A stretch of DNA of 64,000 nt from an uncultured Candidatus Saccharibacteria bacterium (GTDB lineage: Bacteria; Patescibacteriota; Minisyncoccia; Phycocordibacterales; UBA1006), in NCBI GenBank assembly GCA_964601935.1, contig CAZROP010000003.1:3366-67365 (forward strand), written 5' to 3'. The notes beneath the pieces are model-generated. The model saw only the letters and a program-made list of their open reading frames with translations, did no database searches and was not told the DNA's origin. Positions 18,720-29,285 of this stretch are shown in pieces. A program made the position numbers and the translations under genes. The stretch's first letter is position 1. Every line of letters begins with the position of its first letter.

Positions 18720-21700
18720 ATGAAAAATACTTCACAACAAATGTTTGAATCAATGGCAATTCGTCTGGCGTCACCAGAACAGATCAAATCTTGGTCATTT
18801 GGTGAGATTCTCCGACCAGAAACAATCAACTACCGTACCGGACGTTCCGAACGTGGTGGCCTGTTCGATGAGCGTGTATTCGGACCAGAAAAAGATTACC
18901 AGTGTTACTGTGGTAAGTATCGCGGTATTCGTTATAAGGGTATCGTATGTGAAAAATGTGGTGTCGAATTGACTCGTAGTGTAGTTCGCCGCGAGCGCAT
19001 GGGTCATATAGAGTTAGCAGAACCAGTTGCACATATTTGGTTCTCTCGTGGATTACCTTCACGTATGGCGTTGATACTCGACCTGCCGTTGTCTGAACTA
19101 GAAAAGGTAATTTACTTTGCTGGCTACATTGTTATTGCGACTCATGAAGACGAGCGCGAAAAGATAGTTCGTGATTTGGATCGTGAGTTCAAAAATCGTA
19201 TGTCCCAGTTGACTGACGAGACAGAAAAGCAAAAGATGCAGGACAAGTATGTCGCAACAAAGCAGGAGATAGGATCGCTCATTCCTAATCGTGTATTGTC
19301 AGAGTCAGAGTTTTATACATTCTCTCTGAAATACAGTACCTTATTTGAAGCGGGAATTGGAGCAGGTGCGTTGTATAAAATATTCCAAAAAATAGATCTG
19401 CCTGTTCTAGAGCAGAAATTGGAAAAGAGTTTGGAAAAGGCATCGGCTCTTGCTCGTGAAAAGCTACAGAAGCGTCTGTCATTAGTGCGTCAGTTGATAC
19501 GTGCGGATATTCGACCTGAATGGATGTTCTTGCGTGCTATTCCGGTAATTCCGCCAGCACTGCGTCCAATGGTTGCACTGGAAGGAGGGCGTTACGCAAC
19601 GAGTGATATCAACGATCTCTATCGACGTGTTATCAATCGCAACAATCGTTTGAAAAAGTTGATAGAAATCGGTGCACCTGATGTAATTCTCCGTAATGAA
19701 AAGCGTATTTTGCAGGAGGCGGTAGATGCTCTTCTCGATAACTCTATGAAGAAGGGATCAGGAGGTGCTATGTCAGTAGGCCAAACTCGCCAGCTGAAAT
19801 CTCTTGCAGACAACCTAAAGGGAAAGCAGGGGTTATTGCGTCAGAATCTTCTCGGAAAGCGTGTAGATTATTCAGGGCGTTCTGTTATTGTGGTAGGTCC
19901 TAATCTGGCATTGGATGAATGTGGTTTGCCGAAATATATGGCATTGGAACTATTCCGTCCATTCGTAATCGGTCAGCTGATGCAGCGTGAATTAGCTTTC
20001 AATGTTCGTGGTGCTAATCGCATGATAGAAGAAGGTGCGCACGAAGTATGGGAGATTCTCGATCAGGTAATCGAAGGAAAATATGTATTACTGAACCGTG
20101 CTCCGACACTGCACCGTTTGTCTATTCAGGCATTCAAACCAATACTAATCGAAGGAAAGGCTATTCAGATTCACCCATTCGTGTGTTCATCTTTCAACGC
20201 TGACTTTGACGGAGACCAGATGGCGGTACATGTTCCATTATCTCGCGAGGCACAGCGTGAAGCGCGTGATTTGATCGCAGCCCCTAATAATCTTCTCAAG
20301 CCTCAGACAGGAACACCAATTATGTCGCCAGGACATGACGTGGTGCTGGGTGTGTATTGGATGACTACAGAAAAATCAGAAGCACTCGGCCAGGGTAATA
20401 CCTACGCGTCAATCGAGACGATGTTGCATGCGCGAGAGTTCGGTCACTTGGATTACCGTGCATTGATCAAGATGCCAATACCGACCACTGATAAGTTCGC
20501 TCATATCGATCCATCTAGTGGATATATGGAAACGACTCTCGGGCGATTGCTATTTAACGAAGTGTTGCCGGATGACTACCCATACATCAATCATATTATT
20601 GCAAAGAAAGATTTGGAGAAGCTTGTACAGGATTTGATCGAGCGCTATGGTTTCCAAATTTCTGCACGAGTATTAGATAGTATCAAAGACTTTGGCTTCA
20701 AATACAGTACATACTCTGGTACTACATTCAGTATGGACGAGGTCACTGTGCCTAGCGAGAAAAAAGAAATCATCGCTAATGCCGACAAAGAAATCATCGA
20801 GATAACGGGGCAGTTCGGTGATGGTCTTATCACTATAAACGAGCGACACAAAATGACTATTGATGTTTGGAATCGTGCTACAAAATTGGTTGGAAATGCT
20901 CTGGAGGCGCATCTTTCAGAACATCCATCGATTCACGATATGATCAGATCCGGCGCTCGTGGTAGTACTTCACAGCTGAACCAGGCTGCCGGAATGAAGG
21001 GTGTTATTCAGAACATTACGGGAGAAACATTGTCATTCCCAATCAAGTCTTGTTATAAGGAAGGATTTTCTCCTCTCGAGTACTTTATCAACGCAACTAC
21101 GGCGCGAAAGGGGCTTGCCGATACTGCATTGAACACTGCAAAGGCTGGGTACCTGACACGAAAGCTGCATGATGTAGCTCAGGATGTAGTGGTTACCGAG
21201 AGTGACTGTACTACCAAAAAAGGTATTATAGTTCGACAGGAAAATATAGACGGAATAGAGCACACGTTGTTCGAAGGCACATTCGGCCGCGTATTAGGAG
21301 CGGATGTAAAGGACTCTTCGGGTACAGTTGTATTCAAGCGCGGAACCCTGGTCACGCGACCGATAGCACATGAGATACAGAATCTTGCACCAGAATCTGT
21401 CCTAGTACGTAGTCCTCTCACCTGTGAATCACATAGTGGTGTCTGTGTGCAGTGTTATGGATTGGATCTCGGTCGTAACAAGCTGGTATTGTTAGGGGAA
21501 TCAGCAGGTACTGTGGCGGCACAGTCAATTGGAGAGCCAGGAACTCAGCTGACGTTGCGTACTACACACTCTGGTGGTGTTGCAGGTAGTGATATTACCA
21601 AGGGTCTCCCACGTGTAGAGGAACTATTCGAGCGTCGCGAACCAAAGGCATTGGCATTGATAGCAAAGCATGAAGGTATCGTGTCAGCAATCGAAGATCG

Positions 21701-22382
21701 TGATGGTGTAATGACTATTATAGTCACGCGCGAAACATCAGGACGCGCAACCAAAGGATCGCAGGATGATAAATATGTTGTATCATTCCGACGAACTATC
21801 ACGGTTGTAGTGGGTCAGCGCGTAATGGCAGGTGACGCATTGACAGACGGTTCACGTAGTCCGAGCGATATCTATGCAGCGGCGGGTCAGGAGGTAGCAC
21901 AGAACTATCTGATTTCCGAGGTAGCACAGGTGTACGACATGCAGTCTGCGTCAGTTGCTCGCAAGCACTTGGAAATTATTGTTCGTCAGATGTTTGCGCG
22001 TTGTCGTGTCACCAATTCTGGAGACACTACTCTGGTGCCAGGACAGATATATAACTACTCAGAAATCGAAGAAGAGAACGGACGTGTGCGTGATGTGAAT
22101 GGTATCGAGGCGGTATTCGAACGATTGCTGCTCGGTATTGCAGAAGCTGCATCACGTAACCCCTCATGGCTATCATCAGCATCATTCCAGTATACCCAGC
22201 GTACACTGACAGATGCTGCAGCTCGCGGAGCAGTTGATCCATTGCAAGGATTGAAGGAAAACATTATTGCAGGAAACCTTATTCCAGCAGGAACAGGTAT
22301 CAATAATGAATACATAGACATGTCGGACATTATCGAAATGAGAGCACAGGCACGCAACGTCGAAGTAGTAGAAACCGAATAG
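18720..22382 (+). CDS. rpoC: DNA-directed RNA polymerase beta' subunit
   Basis: The zinc motif CYCGKYRGIRYKGIVCEKCGVE, the catalytic NADFDGDQMAVHVP, and the trigger loop / C-terminal zinc motif CESHSGVCVQCYG are present. Confidence 0.95.
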   Translation: MKNTSQQMFESMAIRLASPEQIKSWSFGEILRPETINYRTGRSERGGLFDERVFGPEKDYQCYCGKYRGIRYKGIVCEKCGVELTRSVVRRERMGHIELAEPVAHIWFSRGLPSRMALILDLPLSELEKVIYFAGYIVIATHEDEREKIVRDLDREFKNRMSQLTDETEKQKMQDKYVATKQEIGSLIPNRVLSESEFYTFSLKYSTLFEAGIGAGALYKIFQKIDLPVLEQKLEKSLEKASALAREKLQKRLSLVRQLIRADIRPEWMFLRAIPVIPPALRPMVALEGGRYATSDINDLYRRVINRNNRLKKLIEIGAPDVILRNEKRILQEAVDALLDNSMKKGSGGAMSVGQTRQLKSLADNLKGKQGLLRQNLLGKRVDYSGRSVIVVGPNLALDECGLPKYMALELFRPFVIGQLMQRELAFNVRGANRMIEEGAHEVWEILDQVIEGKYVLLNRAPTLHRLSIQAFKPILIEGKAIQIHPFVCSSFNADFDGDQMAVHVPLSREAQREARDLIAAPNNLLKPQTGTPIMSPGHDVVLGVYWMTTEKSEALGQGNTYASIETMLHAREFGHLDYRALIKMPIPTTDKFAHIDPSSGYMETTLGRLLFNEVLPDDYPYINHIIAKKDLEKLVQDLIERYGFQISARVLDSIKDFGFKYSTYSGTTFSMDEVTVPSEKKEIIANADKEIIEITGQFGDGLITINERHKMTIDVWNRATKLVGNALEAHLSEHPSIHDMIRSGARGSTSQLNQAAGMKGVIQNITGETLSFPIKSCYKEGFSPLEYFINATTARKGLADTALNTAKAGYLTRKLHDVAQDVVVTESDCTTKKGIIVRQENIDGIEHTLFEGTFGRVLGADVKDSSGTVVFKRGTLVTRPIAHEIQNLAPESVLVRSPLTCESHSGVCVQCYGLDLGRNKLVLLGESAGTVAAQSIGEPGTQLTLRTTHSGGVAGSDITKGLPRVEELFERREPKALALIAKHEGIVSAIEDRDGVMTIIVTRETSGRATKGSQDDKYVVSFRRTITVVVGQRVMAGDALTDGSRSPSDIYAAAGQEVAQNYLISEVAQVYDMQSASVARKHLEIIVRQMFARCRVTNSGDTTLVPGQIYNYSEIEEENGRVRDVNGIEAVFERLLLGIAEAASRNPSWLSSASFQYTQRTLTDAAARGAVDPLQGLKENIIAGNLIPAGTGINNEYIDMSDIIEMRAQARNVEVVETE

Positions 22383-22389
22383 TCCGAGT

Positions 22390-24162
22390 ATGGATCAGAT
22401 TCTCGACACAGGACGTGGCAGGGAAGTAGTTGATTCAATCAAAGAACGGATATCCATTGCTGACATCATTTCTCGTTATATACAGCTAACTCCGGGTGGA
22501 AAGAATCTCAAGGGATGCTGTCCGCTGCACGGAGAAAAAACTCCTTCATTCTATGTTTCTCCTGCAGAGGGATACTGGAAATGTTTCGGGTGTGGCAAGG
22601 GCGGTGATGTCATCACATTTATCCAAGAAATAGAAAAAGTTTCATTTCGTGAGGCATTAATCTACCTAGGTGAAATAGCAGGCATTGATGTGCATCGGTC
22701 AAAATCTGATTCATTAAATACCGCAGGTGAAATTGATTCAGTACTATTTTCACTACTAGGTCGTGCCAAGCAGTTGTACATGCAGCAGTTGGCACACAAC
22801 CCTGAGGTAACTGAATATTTGGTGTCCCGAGGTGTGAGTCAGCAGATGATAGAAAAGTTCCAGATAGGATACGCTCCCGATGAATGGCAGACTTTGTACA
22901 ATGCTGTCCGAAGCGATGCATCAGCGGAAGCAATCATCGCTTCGGGACTCGGTATTCAGGGTAAAAAAGGAATATATGACAGATTCCGTAGCCGCATCAT
23001 GTTTCCTACACACGATATTCGTGATCGAGTGGTCACCTTTTCTGGGAGAATCTGGTCGGCTACAGGAAACTACACGACCGAACGCCCTGACGCTGGCAAA
23101 TATGTAAATGGTCCAGAATCCCCGGTGTATCACAAATCCCGTGTGTTGTATGGAATCAATCTGGCACGAGTTGCTGCAACACAGAAAAAGCGACTCATCC
23201 TCGTAGAGGGTCACCTGGACTGCATTCTATCACACCAGGTAGGTCTAGAAGAAACAGTGGCCGTCGGGGGCACTGCTCTGACCGAGGACCATGTAAAGGT
23301 GATTCAGCGCTACTGCAACAATGTAGTCCTCGCATTCGATGGAGATAGTGCAGGGCAAAAGGCGATACTCCGCTCGCTGCCAGTGCTGTACGAGCATGAC
23401 ATTACGGTAACTGTCGCACGGTTCCCGGCAGGAACAGATCCGGCCGACATGGCACAGAATAACTCTGCGAACTATCGAAATGCCATTGATTCTGCAACTG
23501 ATTATGTTACGCATCGTATGATGTTGCTGCAGTCAGAGGGCATGCCGCTGGCAGACATCGACAGGATATTACGCCAGGAAATCTATCCACTCCTGGCACT
23601 GATAAAAAATCCACTTCTACTGGATACCGCCATCGGTACCATCGCGCGAGCGACAGGTACATCCAGTGATAGCATTATTCGTGAACATATCCATCGTGAA
23701 CGCAAACGCACCGAGAGCAATGTCGGTGAAAAGAGACCTGTTGTATCAGGTGCAAAGAGTGAGTCAGTGATGACTATCCGAGACATGGCTCTGCGTATAG
23801 TGGTAGTCTGGCAGGAATTACAGCAGGATGTTGGCTTTGCTCCGGATAATCTGATACAGTATCTACAGAACTCTACAGGCATGGATATTGGTTCAGAAAT
23901 AGATTTGGCACAGCGGTACACTATCGCCGAGACAGAGTACCATCTGAAATTTCAATGGCTCTACGGCGGTCAGAAACCTCAGGATATTATGCCTGTGATA
24001 CTAAAACAATTTGTCGATATGTATATACGTGACACCATGCAGCGATATAGTAGTGCGCTCCATCAAGTTGTCGATGATACTGAAAGAACATCATTGGAAA
24101 ACAGCATAGTTGCATTATTAGAACATAAACGCTACAGCGAAACACATACATATGGCTCCTAA
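22390..24162 (+). CDS. dnaG: DNA primase
   Basis: The CHC2 zinc finger [31 protein letters not shown] and the Toprim motifs (EGHLDCI, DGDSAG) are present. Confidence 0.9.
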   Translation: MDQILDTGRGREVVDSIKERISIADIISRYIQLTPGGKNLKGCCPLHGEKTPSFYVSPAEGYWKCFGCGKGGDVITFIQEIEKVSFREALIYLGEIAGIDVHRSKSDSLNTAGEIDSVLFSLLGRAKQLYMQQLAHNPEVTEYLVSRGVSQQMIEKFQIGYAPDEWQTLYNAVRSDASAEAIIASGLGIQGKKGIYDRFRSRIMFPTHDIRDRVVTFSGRIWSATGNYTTERPDAGKYVNGPESPVYHKSRVLYGINLARVAATQKKRLILVEGHLDCILSHQVGLEETVAVGGTALTEDHVKVIQRYCNNVVLAFDGDSAGQKAILRSLPVLYEHDITVTVARFPAGTDPADMAQNNSANYRNAIDSATDYVTHRMMLLQSEGMPLADIDRILRQEIYPLLALIKNPLLLDTAIGTIARATGTSSDSIIREHIHRERKRTESNVGEKRPVVSGAKSESVMTIRDMALRIVVVWQELQQDVGFAPDNLIQYLQNSTGMDIGSEIDLAQRYTIAETEYHLKFQWLYGGQKPQDIMPVILKQFVDMYIRDTMQRYSSALHQVVDDTERTSLENSIVALLEHKRYSETHTYGS

Positions 24163-25516
24163 CAAAAAAACTACAAAACCTCTACCAGCACCATCACGCA
24201 AGCCTGCGGCAAAGAAGCCTGCAGCAAAAGTAAAAATACCTGCAAAGAAACTAGTAAAACCTGCAGCGAAAAAAGTACCAGCTCCTGCAAAAGTTATAAA
24301 AAAACCTGTCTTTGCAAAACCTGTAGTTGCTGCTAAAAAAGTAATCAAAAAAGACATTCCGAGTGTGACCAGTGTTGTCCAGTCAAAGGGTATACATGTA
24401 CCGCTGGATCCAAATCTGATGTCACACATGTCCAGTGATGAGCGTGTACGGGTTTTGTTAGAAAAAGGAAAGAAACGCAGATTCGTCACCTACGAAGAAA
24501 TACTGCGGTATTTTCCTGATGCAGAGCATGATATCGAATTACTGGACACTCTCTATCAAAAGATCGAAGATGCGGGGATCGTGGTATCAGAGGGTGCTGA
24601 TTTGTTAGGAGACACTATAGAGATCAAAAAATCAGGTCAGGGCGGAGGATTGCTGGACAGTGGTGCCTTCTCTAATACACAGACATCGTACGACCCAGTG
24701 CAAATGTATTTGCGCGATATCGGAAAGTATCGCCTGATCAAGGCGTCCGAAGAGCGCGAATTGGCACAGCGTATTGCAATTGGGGATGTCGAGGCAAAGC
24801 AGGTCCTCGCAAATGCTAACCTGCGTCTCGTAGTATCGATTGCAAAGAAATATGCCAATCGCAGTCCTGATTTAACACTGCTGGATTTGATTCAGGAAGG
24901 TAATATCGGATTGTTCAAAGCCGTAGAAAAATTCGACTGGTCAAAGGGCTTCAAGTTCTCTACCTATGCAACCTGGTGGATACGCCAGTCTATTACGCGT
25001 GCATTGGCAGACCAGTCGCGTACTATTCGTATTCCTGTGCACATGGTAGAAACGATTTCTAAATACCGACAGGTGTCGCGCAAACTCCAGCAGGATCTGG
25101 GACGCCGTGCACTGGCAGAAGAAATCGCATCTGAAATGGATTTGGAGGTAGAGAAAATCCACATGATCGAGCATATTACTCAGTCTACACTGTCTTTGGA
25201 AGAACCTATTCCAGGGGGAGACGAAGAAAAATCATCACGCGGAGAATTCATTGCCGACGAAACAGTGCCACGCCCCGATGCAGAAGTGTCAAAGAAATTA
25301 CTATTCGAGCATATTCATGAAATACTCGGAGACCTCTCAGAAAAAGAGCGCAAGATAATAGAAATGCGCTACGGTATCACAGACGGTATATCATATACCC
25401 TGGAGCAGGTTGGTCGTCAGTTTGGTGTGACCCGTGAACGTATTCGTCAGATCGAATCAAAGGTGCACGATCGTATGCGATCGAGCGATAGAATACGAAA
25501 GCTCATGGACTACTAG
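24152..25516 (+). CDS. rpoD: RNA polymerase primary sigma factor (sigma-70 family) with a Lys/Ala/Pro-rich N-terminal extension
   Basis: Region 2 ([38 protein letters not shown]), region 3 and region 4 ([22 protein letters not shown]) are present. The N-terminal ~60 aa are [11 protein letters not shown]-type repeats. The dnaG-rpoD arrangement is conserved. Confidence 0.9.
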   Translation: MAPNKKTTKPLPAPSRKPAAKKPAAKVKIPAKKLVKPAAKKVPAPAKVIKKPVFAKPVVAAKKVIKKDIPSVTSVVQSKGIHVPLDPNLMSHMSSDERVRVLLEKGKKRRFVTYEEILRYFPDAEHDIELLDTLYQKIEDAGIVVSEGADLLGDTIEIKKSGQGGGLLDSGAFSNTQTSYDPVQMYLRDIGKYRLIKASEERELAQRIAIGDVEAKQVLANANLRLVVSIAKKYANRSPDLTLLDLIQEGNIGLFKAVEKFDWSKGFKFSTYATWWIRQSITRALADQSRTIRIPVHMVETISKYRQVSRKLQQDLGRRALAEEIASEMDLEVEKIHMIEHITQSTLSLEEPIPGGDEEKSSRGEFIADETVPRPDAEVSKKLLFEHIHEILGDLSEKERKIIEMRYGITDGISYTLEQVGRQFGVTRERIRQIESKVHDRMRSSDRIRKLMDY

Positions 25517-25593
25517 TAGTCTCAGACCCACCAGGGAGAGGACAGTCCCTAGAAATAGACATCCCCGAAATATTTGGTAATATACTAATATAT

Positions 25594-25671
25594 ATGAATA
25601 AACCAAAGAAAATCGCTCAGCGCAAGAAAGACAAGAAATCCGGAAAAACTATCTCATTGCGTCATAGATAA
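25594..25671 (+). CDS. Candidate small ORF encoding a 25-aa highly basic peptide (MNKPKKIAQRKKDKKSGKTISLRHR)
   Basis: ATG..TAA ORF located between the rpoD stop and a strong terminator hairpin. It is too short for the ORF track and I found no homology basis for it. Confidence 0.15.
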   Translation: MNKPKKIAQRKKDKKSGKTISLRHR

Positions 25672-25674
25672 TGA

Positions 25675-25710
25675 AAATAACACCTGCTCATGCAGGTGTT
25701 ATTTTGTTTG
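25675..25710 (+). terminator. Rho-independent terminator after rpoD and the small ORF
   Basis: AAATAACACCTGC-tcat-GCAGGTGTTATTT is a 13-nt perfect stem followed by TGTTTG. It overlaps the annotated N-terminus of the 25690 ORF. Confidence 0.6.
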
Positions 25711-25743
25711 AATCTTTACCTGTTTGTGCTAGTATATCTGTCT

Positions 25744-26358
25744 ATGTTACATGAAGAAGAAAAAATACAAATAGTAGAGCCAGATACAGGCGAGCCTACG
25801 GGTGAATTAGTATATAGGTCAGAAATATTTTCGCGCCAGCTCTGGTGTCGTACTACCAATGTGTTCATTCTAAATGACGAAGGTCAGATACTTTGTCATA
25901 AACGTTCGCATAAAAAAGAACGTTATCCAGGAGTATGGTGTACGCATTTTGGCGGTCACGTTACCGAGGGTGAGAGTTTCCGTATCAACGCAATAAAGGA
26001 AATGGAAGAAGAGGTCGGTATGCATGTTCAGGCATTTCAAATGATTCCTTGGCGCACCAGCAAAAAAGAACACTCTCGCATCTGGGTGCGTGACTTCCTA
26101 ACTGTATACAATGGTTCATTGGATGCGCTGAGATTGCAGGATGGGGAGATTGACGAGGTTGCTTGGTTTTCTGCGAGCGAGATCTTACAGAAACTAACCA
26201 TGGATGACCCTGATTGGCAGGACGAGTTAGTAGGATTCCATGATTTTCGCGAGGACTACCAGTGTTTGCGTGCTGCACTGACGGCTTGTCTGGATATTGG
26301 AATATTCGGTGGTCCGTTCATGACGCTCAAGAATTGGCACCCAAACGAGGTTGTATAG
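25744..26358 (+). CDS. NUDIX hydrolase
   Basis: The Nudix box GGHVTEGESFRINAIKEMEEEVGM (GX5EX7[RK]EUXEEXGU) is present. The start is moved to the MLHEEE methionine because the upstream ATG lies inside the terminator stem. Confidence 0.7.
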   Translation: MLHEEEKIQIVEPDTGEPTGELVYRSEIFSRQLWCRTTNVFILNDEGQILCHKRSHKKERYPGVWCTHFGGHVTEGESFRINAIKEMEEEVGMHVQAFQMIPWRTSKKEHSRIWVRDFLTVYNGSLDALRLQDGEIDEVAWFSASEILQKLTMDDPDWQDELVGFHDFREDYQCLRAALTACLDIGIFGGPFMTLKNWHPNEVV

Positions 26359-26378
26359 GAGAGTTTTATGAGAAAATA

Positions 26379-26404
26379 AAAGGCCGCCCAGATGGGCGGC
26401 CTTT
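26379..26404. terminator. Bidirectional terminator between the convergent Nudix gene and a membrane-protein gene
   Basis: AAAGGCCGCCC-agat-GGGCGGCCTTT is an 11-nt GC-rich perfect stem with A/T-rich flanks. Confidence 0.55.
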
Positions 26405-26414
26405 ATTACTCTTG

Positions 26415-27083
26415 CTACTCTTTCTTGGTCGCTATCTCTACCTGTGGATGCTCTCGAAATGCATACCATGATGTCGCGATATAGAACATATGGTGTACAG
26501 CGATAGACAACAGCCAGCCATTAGGCGGCATCAGCAGTATCAGTGCCCCGAACAAAAATCCACCCACCAGAGAAAACGCGATAAAATATAACGACCAGAA
26601 TCGCGGCAGTATACCGACGAGCGGGAAGTGAATCAACAGGAATACTGTTGTAAACAGGTCTAACGCATGGGATGGACTGGATGAAATTTCCAGCGCTATT
26701 GATGCCAGCACCAGCATACACGATTGTTGGAAAAATAGCTCAGCCACTTTTGATAAGGTGTGATTCACACCACCCATTACGCCTGTTCCGCCGCCTCGCA
26801 GTTCCTTTCTATGGTCAACAATTGAATAGACAACCAATGCCAGTGCAACTATGCTGTACAGGGTATACGCCTGCAACGAGGTAAATGACAGTGATGCAAT
26901 CAGGGGTGCGGTATCAGGAATCAGGCTCAGCACCAAAAAAGCAAACCCTGCATACACAGGGGCTACGATATATGATTGTGCATATGACAGTCCATAGTAC
27001 TTGCGAGCGAGCCAGAACCAGCCCATTCCTAAGAACCATATACACAGCCATACTGCTATGATTATCGTACTATCCAGGCTCAT
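26415..27083 (-). CDS. Polytopic membrane protein, possibly a CPBP-family intramembrane protease
   Basis: There are 6-7 hydrophobic helices. Weak CPBP-like motifs are KELRGGG, FxxxH (TTVFLLIHF) and HH (AVHHMF). The start is set at MSLDS because the longer ORF N-terminus is the translation of the tRNA gene. Confidence 0.4.
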   Translation of the reverse strand: MSLDSTIIIAVWLCIWFLGMGWFWLARKYYGLSYAQSYIVAPVYAGFAFLVLSLIPDTAPLIASLSFTSLQAYTLYSIVALALVVYSIVDHRKELRGGGTGVMGGVNHTLSKVAELFFQQSCMLVLASIALEISSSPSHALDLFTTVFLLIHFPLVGILPRFWSLYFIAFSLVGGFLFGALILLMPPNGWLLSIAVHHMFYIATSWYAFREHPQVEIATKKE

Positions 27084-27158
27084 GGAGCCGGCAGAGGGAC
27101 TCGAACCCACGACCCACGGTTTACAAAACCGTTGCTCTACCAACTGAGCTATGCCGGC
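27083..27158 (-). tRNA. tRNA-Thr (anticodon UGU) with the CCA encoded
   Basis: Cloverleaf: acceptor GCCGGCA/TGCCGGC, D-arm GCTC-AGTTGGTA-GAGC, anticodon stem ACGGT/ACCGT with loop TTTGTAA, and T-loop TTCGAGT. There is one T:T mismatch in the T-stem. The 3' end is TCCA. Confidence 0.75.
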
Positions 27159-27211
27159 GTTACAGAAGTAACTAACGTAGTATACTGAATATTATGATGG
27201 GGTCAACAAAC

Positions 27212-27652
27212 CTAATGTTGGGAATTAATCGGCTGGCTGGGGTAACGCTTTTTCGATAATGTTCTGATCAGTCTCTGTTCGGTGGCGCTGCGGGATTCGC
27301 GTGACTGATCAGCGAGGCGTTCTTTCAGCTGGTCCTCGTGCCGTTCCAGGTATTTGATAATTCCCAGTAGTCGCTTGTGACTGACTCGTAGTAATTTGTA
27401 GATGGTCAGCTTTACATAGCTCAGCAAATTCACTGCCCAGTAACGGAACGAAATATCACGTATCCAGTACAGGATATTGTAGAATCGCTGTTTCCACTTC
27501 TTTAAATTGGGAACATGCCAGGAATACAGTAATTCATTATGGTGTGTTGTATGGATTGCATGGGAATAGGTGCGGATGCTTTTGTACAGCAAAAGCAGGC
27601 AGGCTAGACACAGACCTCCGTAGAATAATAGAAATGAAAGAGATAAATCCAT
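27212..27652 (-). CDS. Hypothetical protein with an N-terminal TM helix and a basic/helical C-terminus
   Basis: ORF immediately downstream of tsf on the same strand. No recognisable motif. Confidence 0.4.
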   Translation of the reverse strand: MDLSLSFLLFYGGLCLACLLLLYKSIRTYSHAIHTTHHNELLYSWHVPNLKKWKQRFYNILYWIRDISFRYWAVNLLSYVKLTIYKLLRVSHKRLLGIIKYLERHEDQLKERLADQSRESRSATEQRLIRTLSKKRYPSQPINSQH

Positions 27653-27672
27653 ACAACACGATAATGATCCGA

Positions 27673-28131
27673 CTATTCCTCCAGTACCGCTATGCGATAC
27701 ATGCGCCCGATTTCGATACGTTCGCCCAGCTTCTGCATGGATTCCTCCAACAGTCCATGAATCGTGATGTCAGGATTCATCAGGAATGATTCTTCCATGA
27801 TAGTATCTGCTGTCGATCCCATTGCGGTGACATGCATCGCGATATGCTTGCCCAATTCGACAAAATCTTCATTCTTTGCAACAAAGTCCGTCTCGCACAA
27901 TAGCTCCAACATGGTGCCCACTGTTTTGTTGCTGTGTACATAGGTGGTGATGGCGCCGGCGCCTAATACTCGGTCTGCCTTTTTCGCGCTCTGTCCTGCT
28001 GAAAACTCGCGCAACACTTCGCGTGCGCGTTCCATGTCGCCGTTCGCTGCCTCGAGGGCTTCTTTACACTTTGCTACTGAAACTCCCGTTTCTTCTCGTA
28101 GCTGTTTTACTAGGTCAATTGAAATTTCCAT
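27673..28131 (-). CDS. tsf: Elongation factor Ts (short form)
   Basis: The N-terminal UBA-like sequence LVKQLREETGVSVAKCKEALEAANGDMERAREVLR and the ...CETDFVAKNEDF motif are present. Confidence 0.85.
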   Translation of the reverse strand: MEISIDLVKQLREETGVSVAKCKEALEAANGDMERAREVLREFSAGQSAKKADRVLGAGAITTYVHSNKTVGTMLELLCETDFVAKNEDFVELGKHIAMHVTAMGSTADTIMEESFLMNPDITIHGLLEESMQKLGERIEIGRMYRIAVLEE

Positions 28132-28364
28132 AGGTGCTCTATAATGGTGGATTATATTTATAACGTACGAATTATACCATGTGTTGGATATTCTTCGACC
28201 TTGCCCGTTTGTTGAAAAAGTGGTTTTGTTTGGTGCCTTGTACGGTACTCAAAATAGAAGAAAAGATATTTCTCATTCCGTAGGAATTTATTACACATTC
28301 AGTTAGCTTACTACGTGCATAGAATCATTTGCAATATTAAGAATTTCAGTTAGAATAATGGTAT

Positions 28365-28955
28365 ATGAAAAAGTATAAGCTCTCTGAAATCGCAGATATC
28401 CGACTAGGTTATGCTTTTCGTAGTGCGGTTGAGCCAGATCCAAATGGGAATTGTGTCGTTATTCAGGCAAATAATGTGCGTTCAGCAATAGAAGTTGACC
28501 ATAATGGCAGCCTCGTGAGGTGTAGCTTGAACCTGGGTGGTAATCCTCCTTATGCCGCACAGGGGGATGTATTTCTTTCATCTCGTGGATTTGGATTAGG
28601 GTCATATAGTTCTGCTGTGTATACTGGCCAGTCAGAAAAAGTCCTAGTGTCTGCTTCATTATTCATTATTCGTTTGACGGACGTCGGCAAGCAACTAGCT
28701 ACTCCTCATTATATCTCTGGTTTCTTCCGTTCTCCTGTAGGACAGAAATTGCTGGTAGATAGATCGTCAGGCTCTCATGTTCAAACGCTATCCCGCACCG
28801 CTCTGGGTGAAATCGAGATCGTACTACCTGATATTGAAAGACAAAATTCGATTATTGATCTGCAAGAATGCGCACGATACAAGCATGAAGGCTATCGCAG
28901 GAAAATACGACTCGAAACAGAAATTATCAATTCATTATTTACTAGTGTAATATGA
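28365..28955 (+). CDS. hsdS: Type I restriction-modification specificity subunit, half-size (single target-recognition domain)
   Basis: KLSEIADIRLGYAF at the N-terminus of the TRD and the conserved distal helix region LPDIERQNSIIDLQE are present. At 196 aa this is half the usual HsdS length. Confidence 0.65.
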   Translation: MKKYKLSEIADIRLGYAFRSAVEPDPNGNCVVIQANNVRSAIEVDHNGSLVRCSLNLGGNPPYAAQGDVFLSSRGFGLGSYSSAVYTGQSEKVLVSASLFIIRLTDVGKQLATPHYISGFFRSPVGQKLLVDRSSGSHVQTLSRTALGEIEIVLPDIERQNSIIDLQECARYKHEGYRRKIRLETEIINSLFTSVI

Positions 28956-29281
28956 GTACTAAAGCAGAAAAAACAATAAGTGAATCAATGAAGGTGGAGG
29001 TTGCCTTTCCTGGGTGCGTTCATGTCGAATTAGTGCAAGCGAACGATTTGAAACATTATGAGATATTTCTGTGGTTAGTTTCGCTGATGGCCTCGATCGC
29101 TTCTGGGTTTTGGGTGTCCTATGTGTGTACAGCGCCTGTTGATAATGCTATTGGTTGGTCCGCTGTTGCATTTACAGTACTAACTCTCGTATTTGGATCG
29201 ATTGCGTATTACTACAGATCTAGGATCAACGATACAAAGATAAAAAAGACATTCTTACTTGAAAGCTTTAATAACAAATAA
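28952..29281 (+). CDS. Small 2-TM membrane protein of unknown function, translationally coupled to the R-M operon
   Basis: An ATGA overlap with the upstream hsdS stop. It has two hydrophobic helices and ends 5 nt before the hsdM start. Confidence 0.4.
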   Translation: MSTKAEKTISESMKVEVAFPGCVHVELVQANDLKHYEIFLWLVSLMASIASGFWVSYVCTAPVDNAIGWSAVAFTVLTLVFGSIAYYYRSRINDTKIKKTFLLESFNNK

Positions 29282-29285
29282 ACAT

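Noticed and set aside
25690-25743. Upstream ATG of the Nudix ORF
   Set aside because: That ATG lies in the loop/stem of the rpoD terminator hairpin. The encoded 18 aa are an implausible hydrophobic leader.
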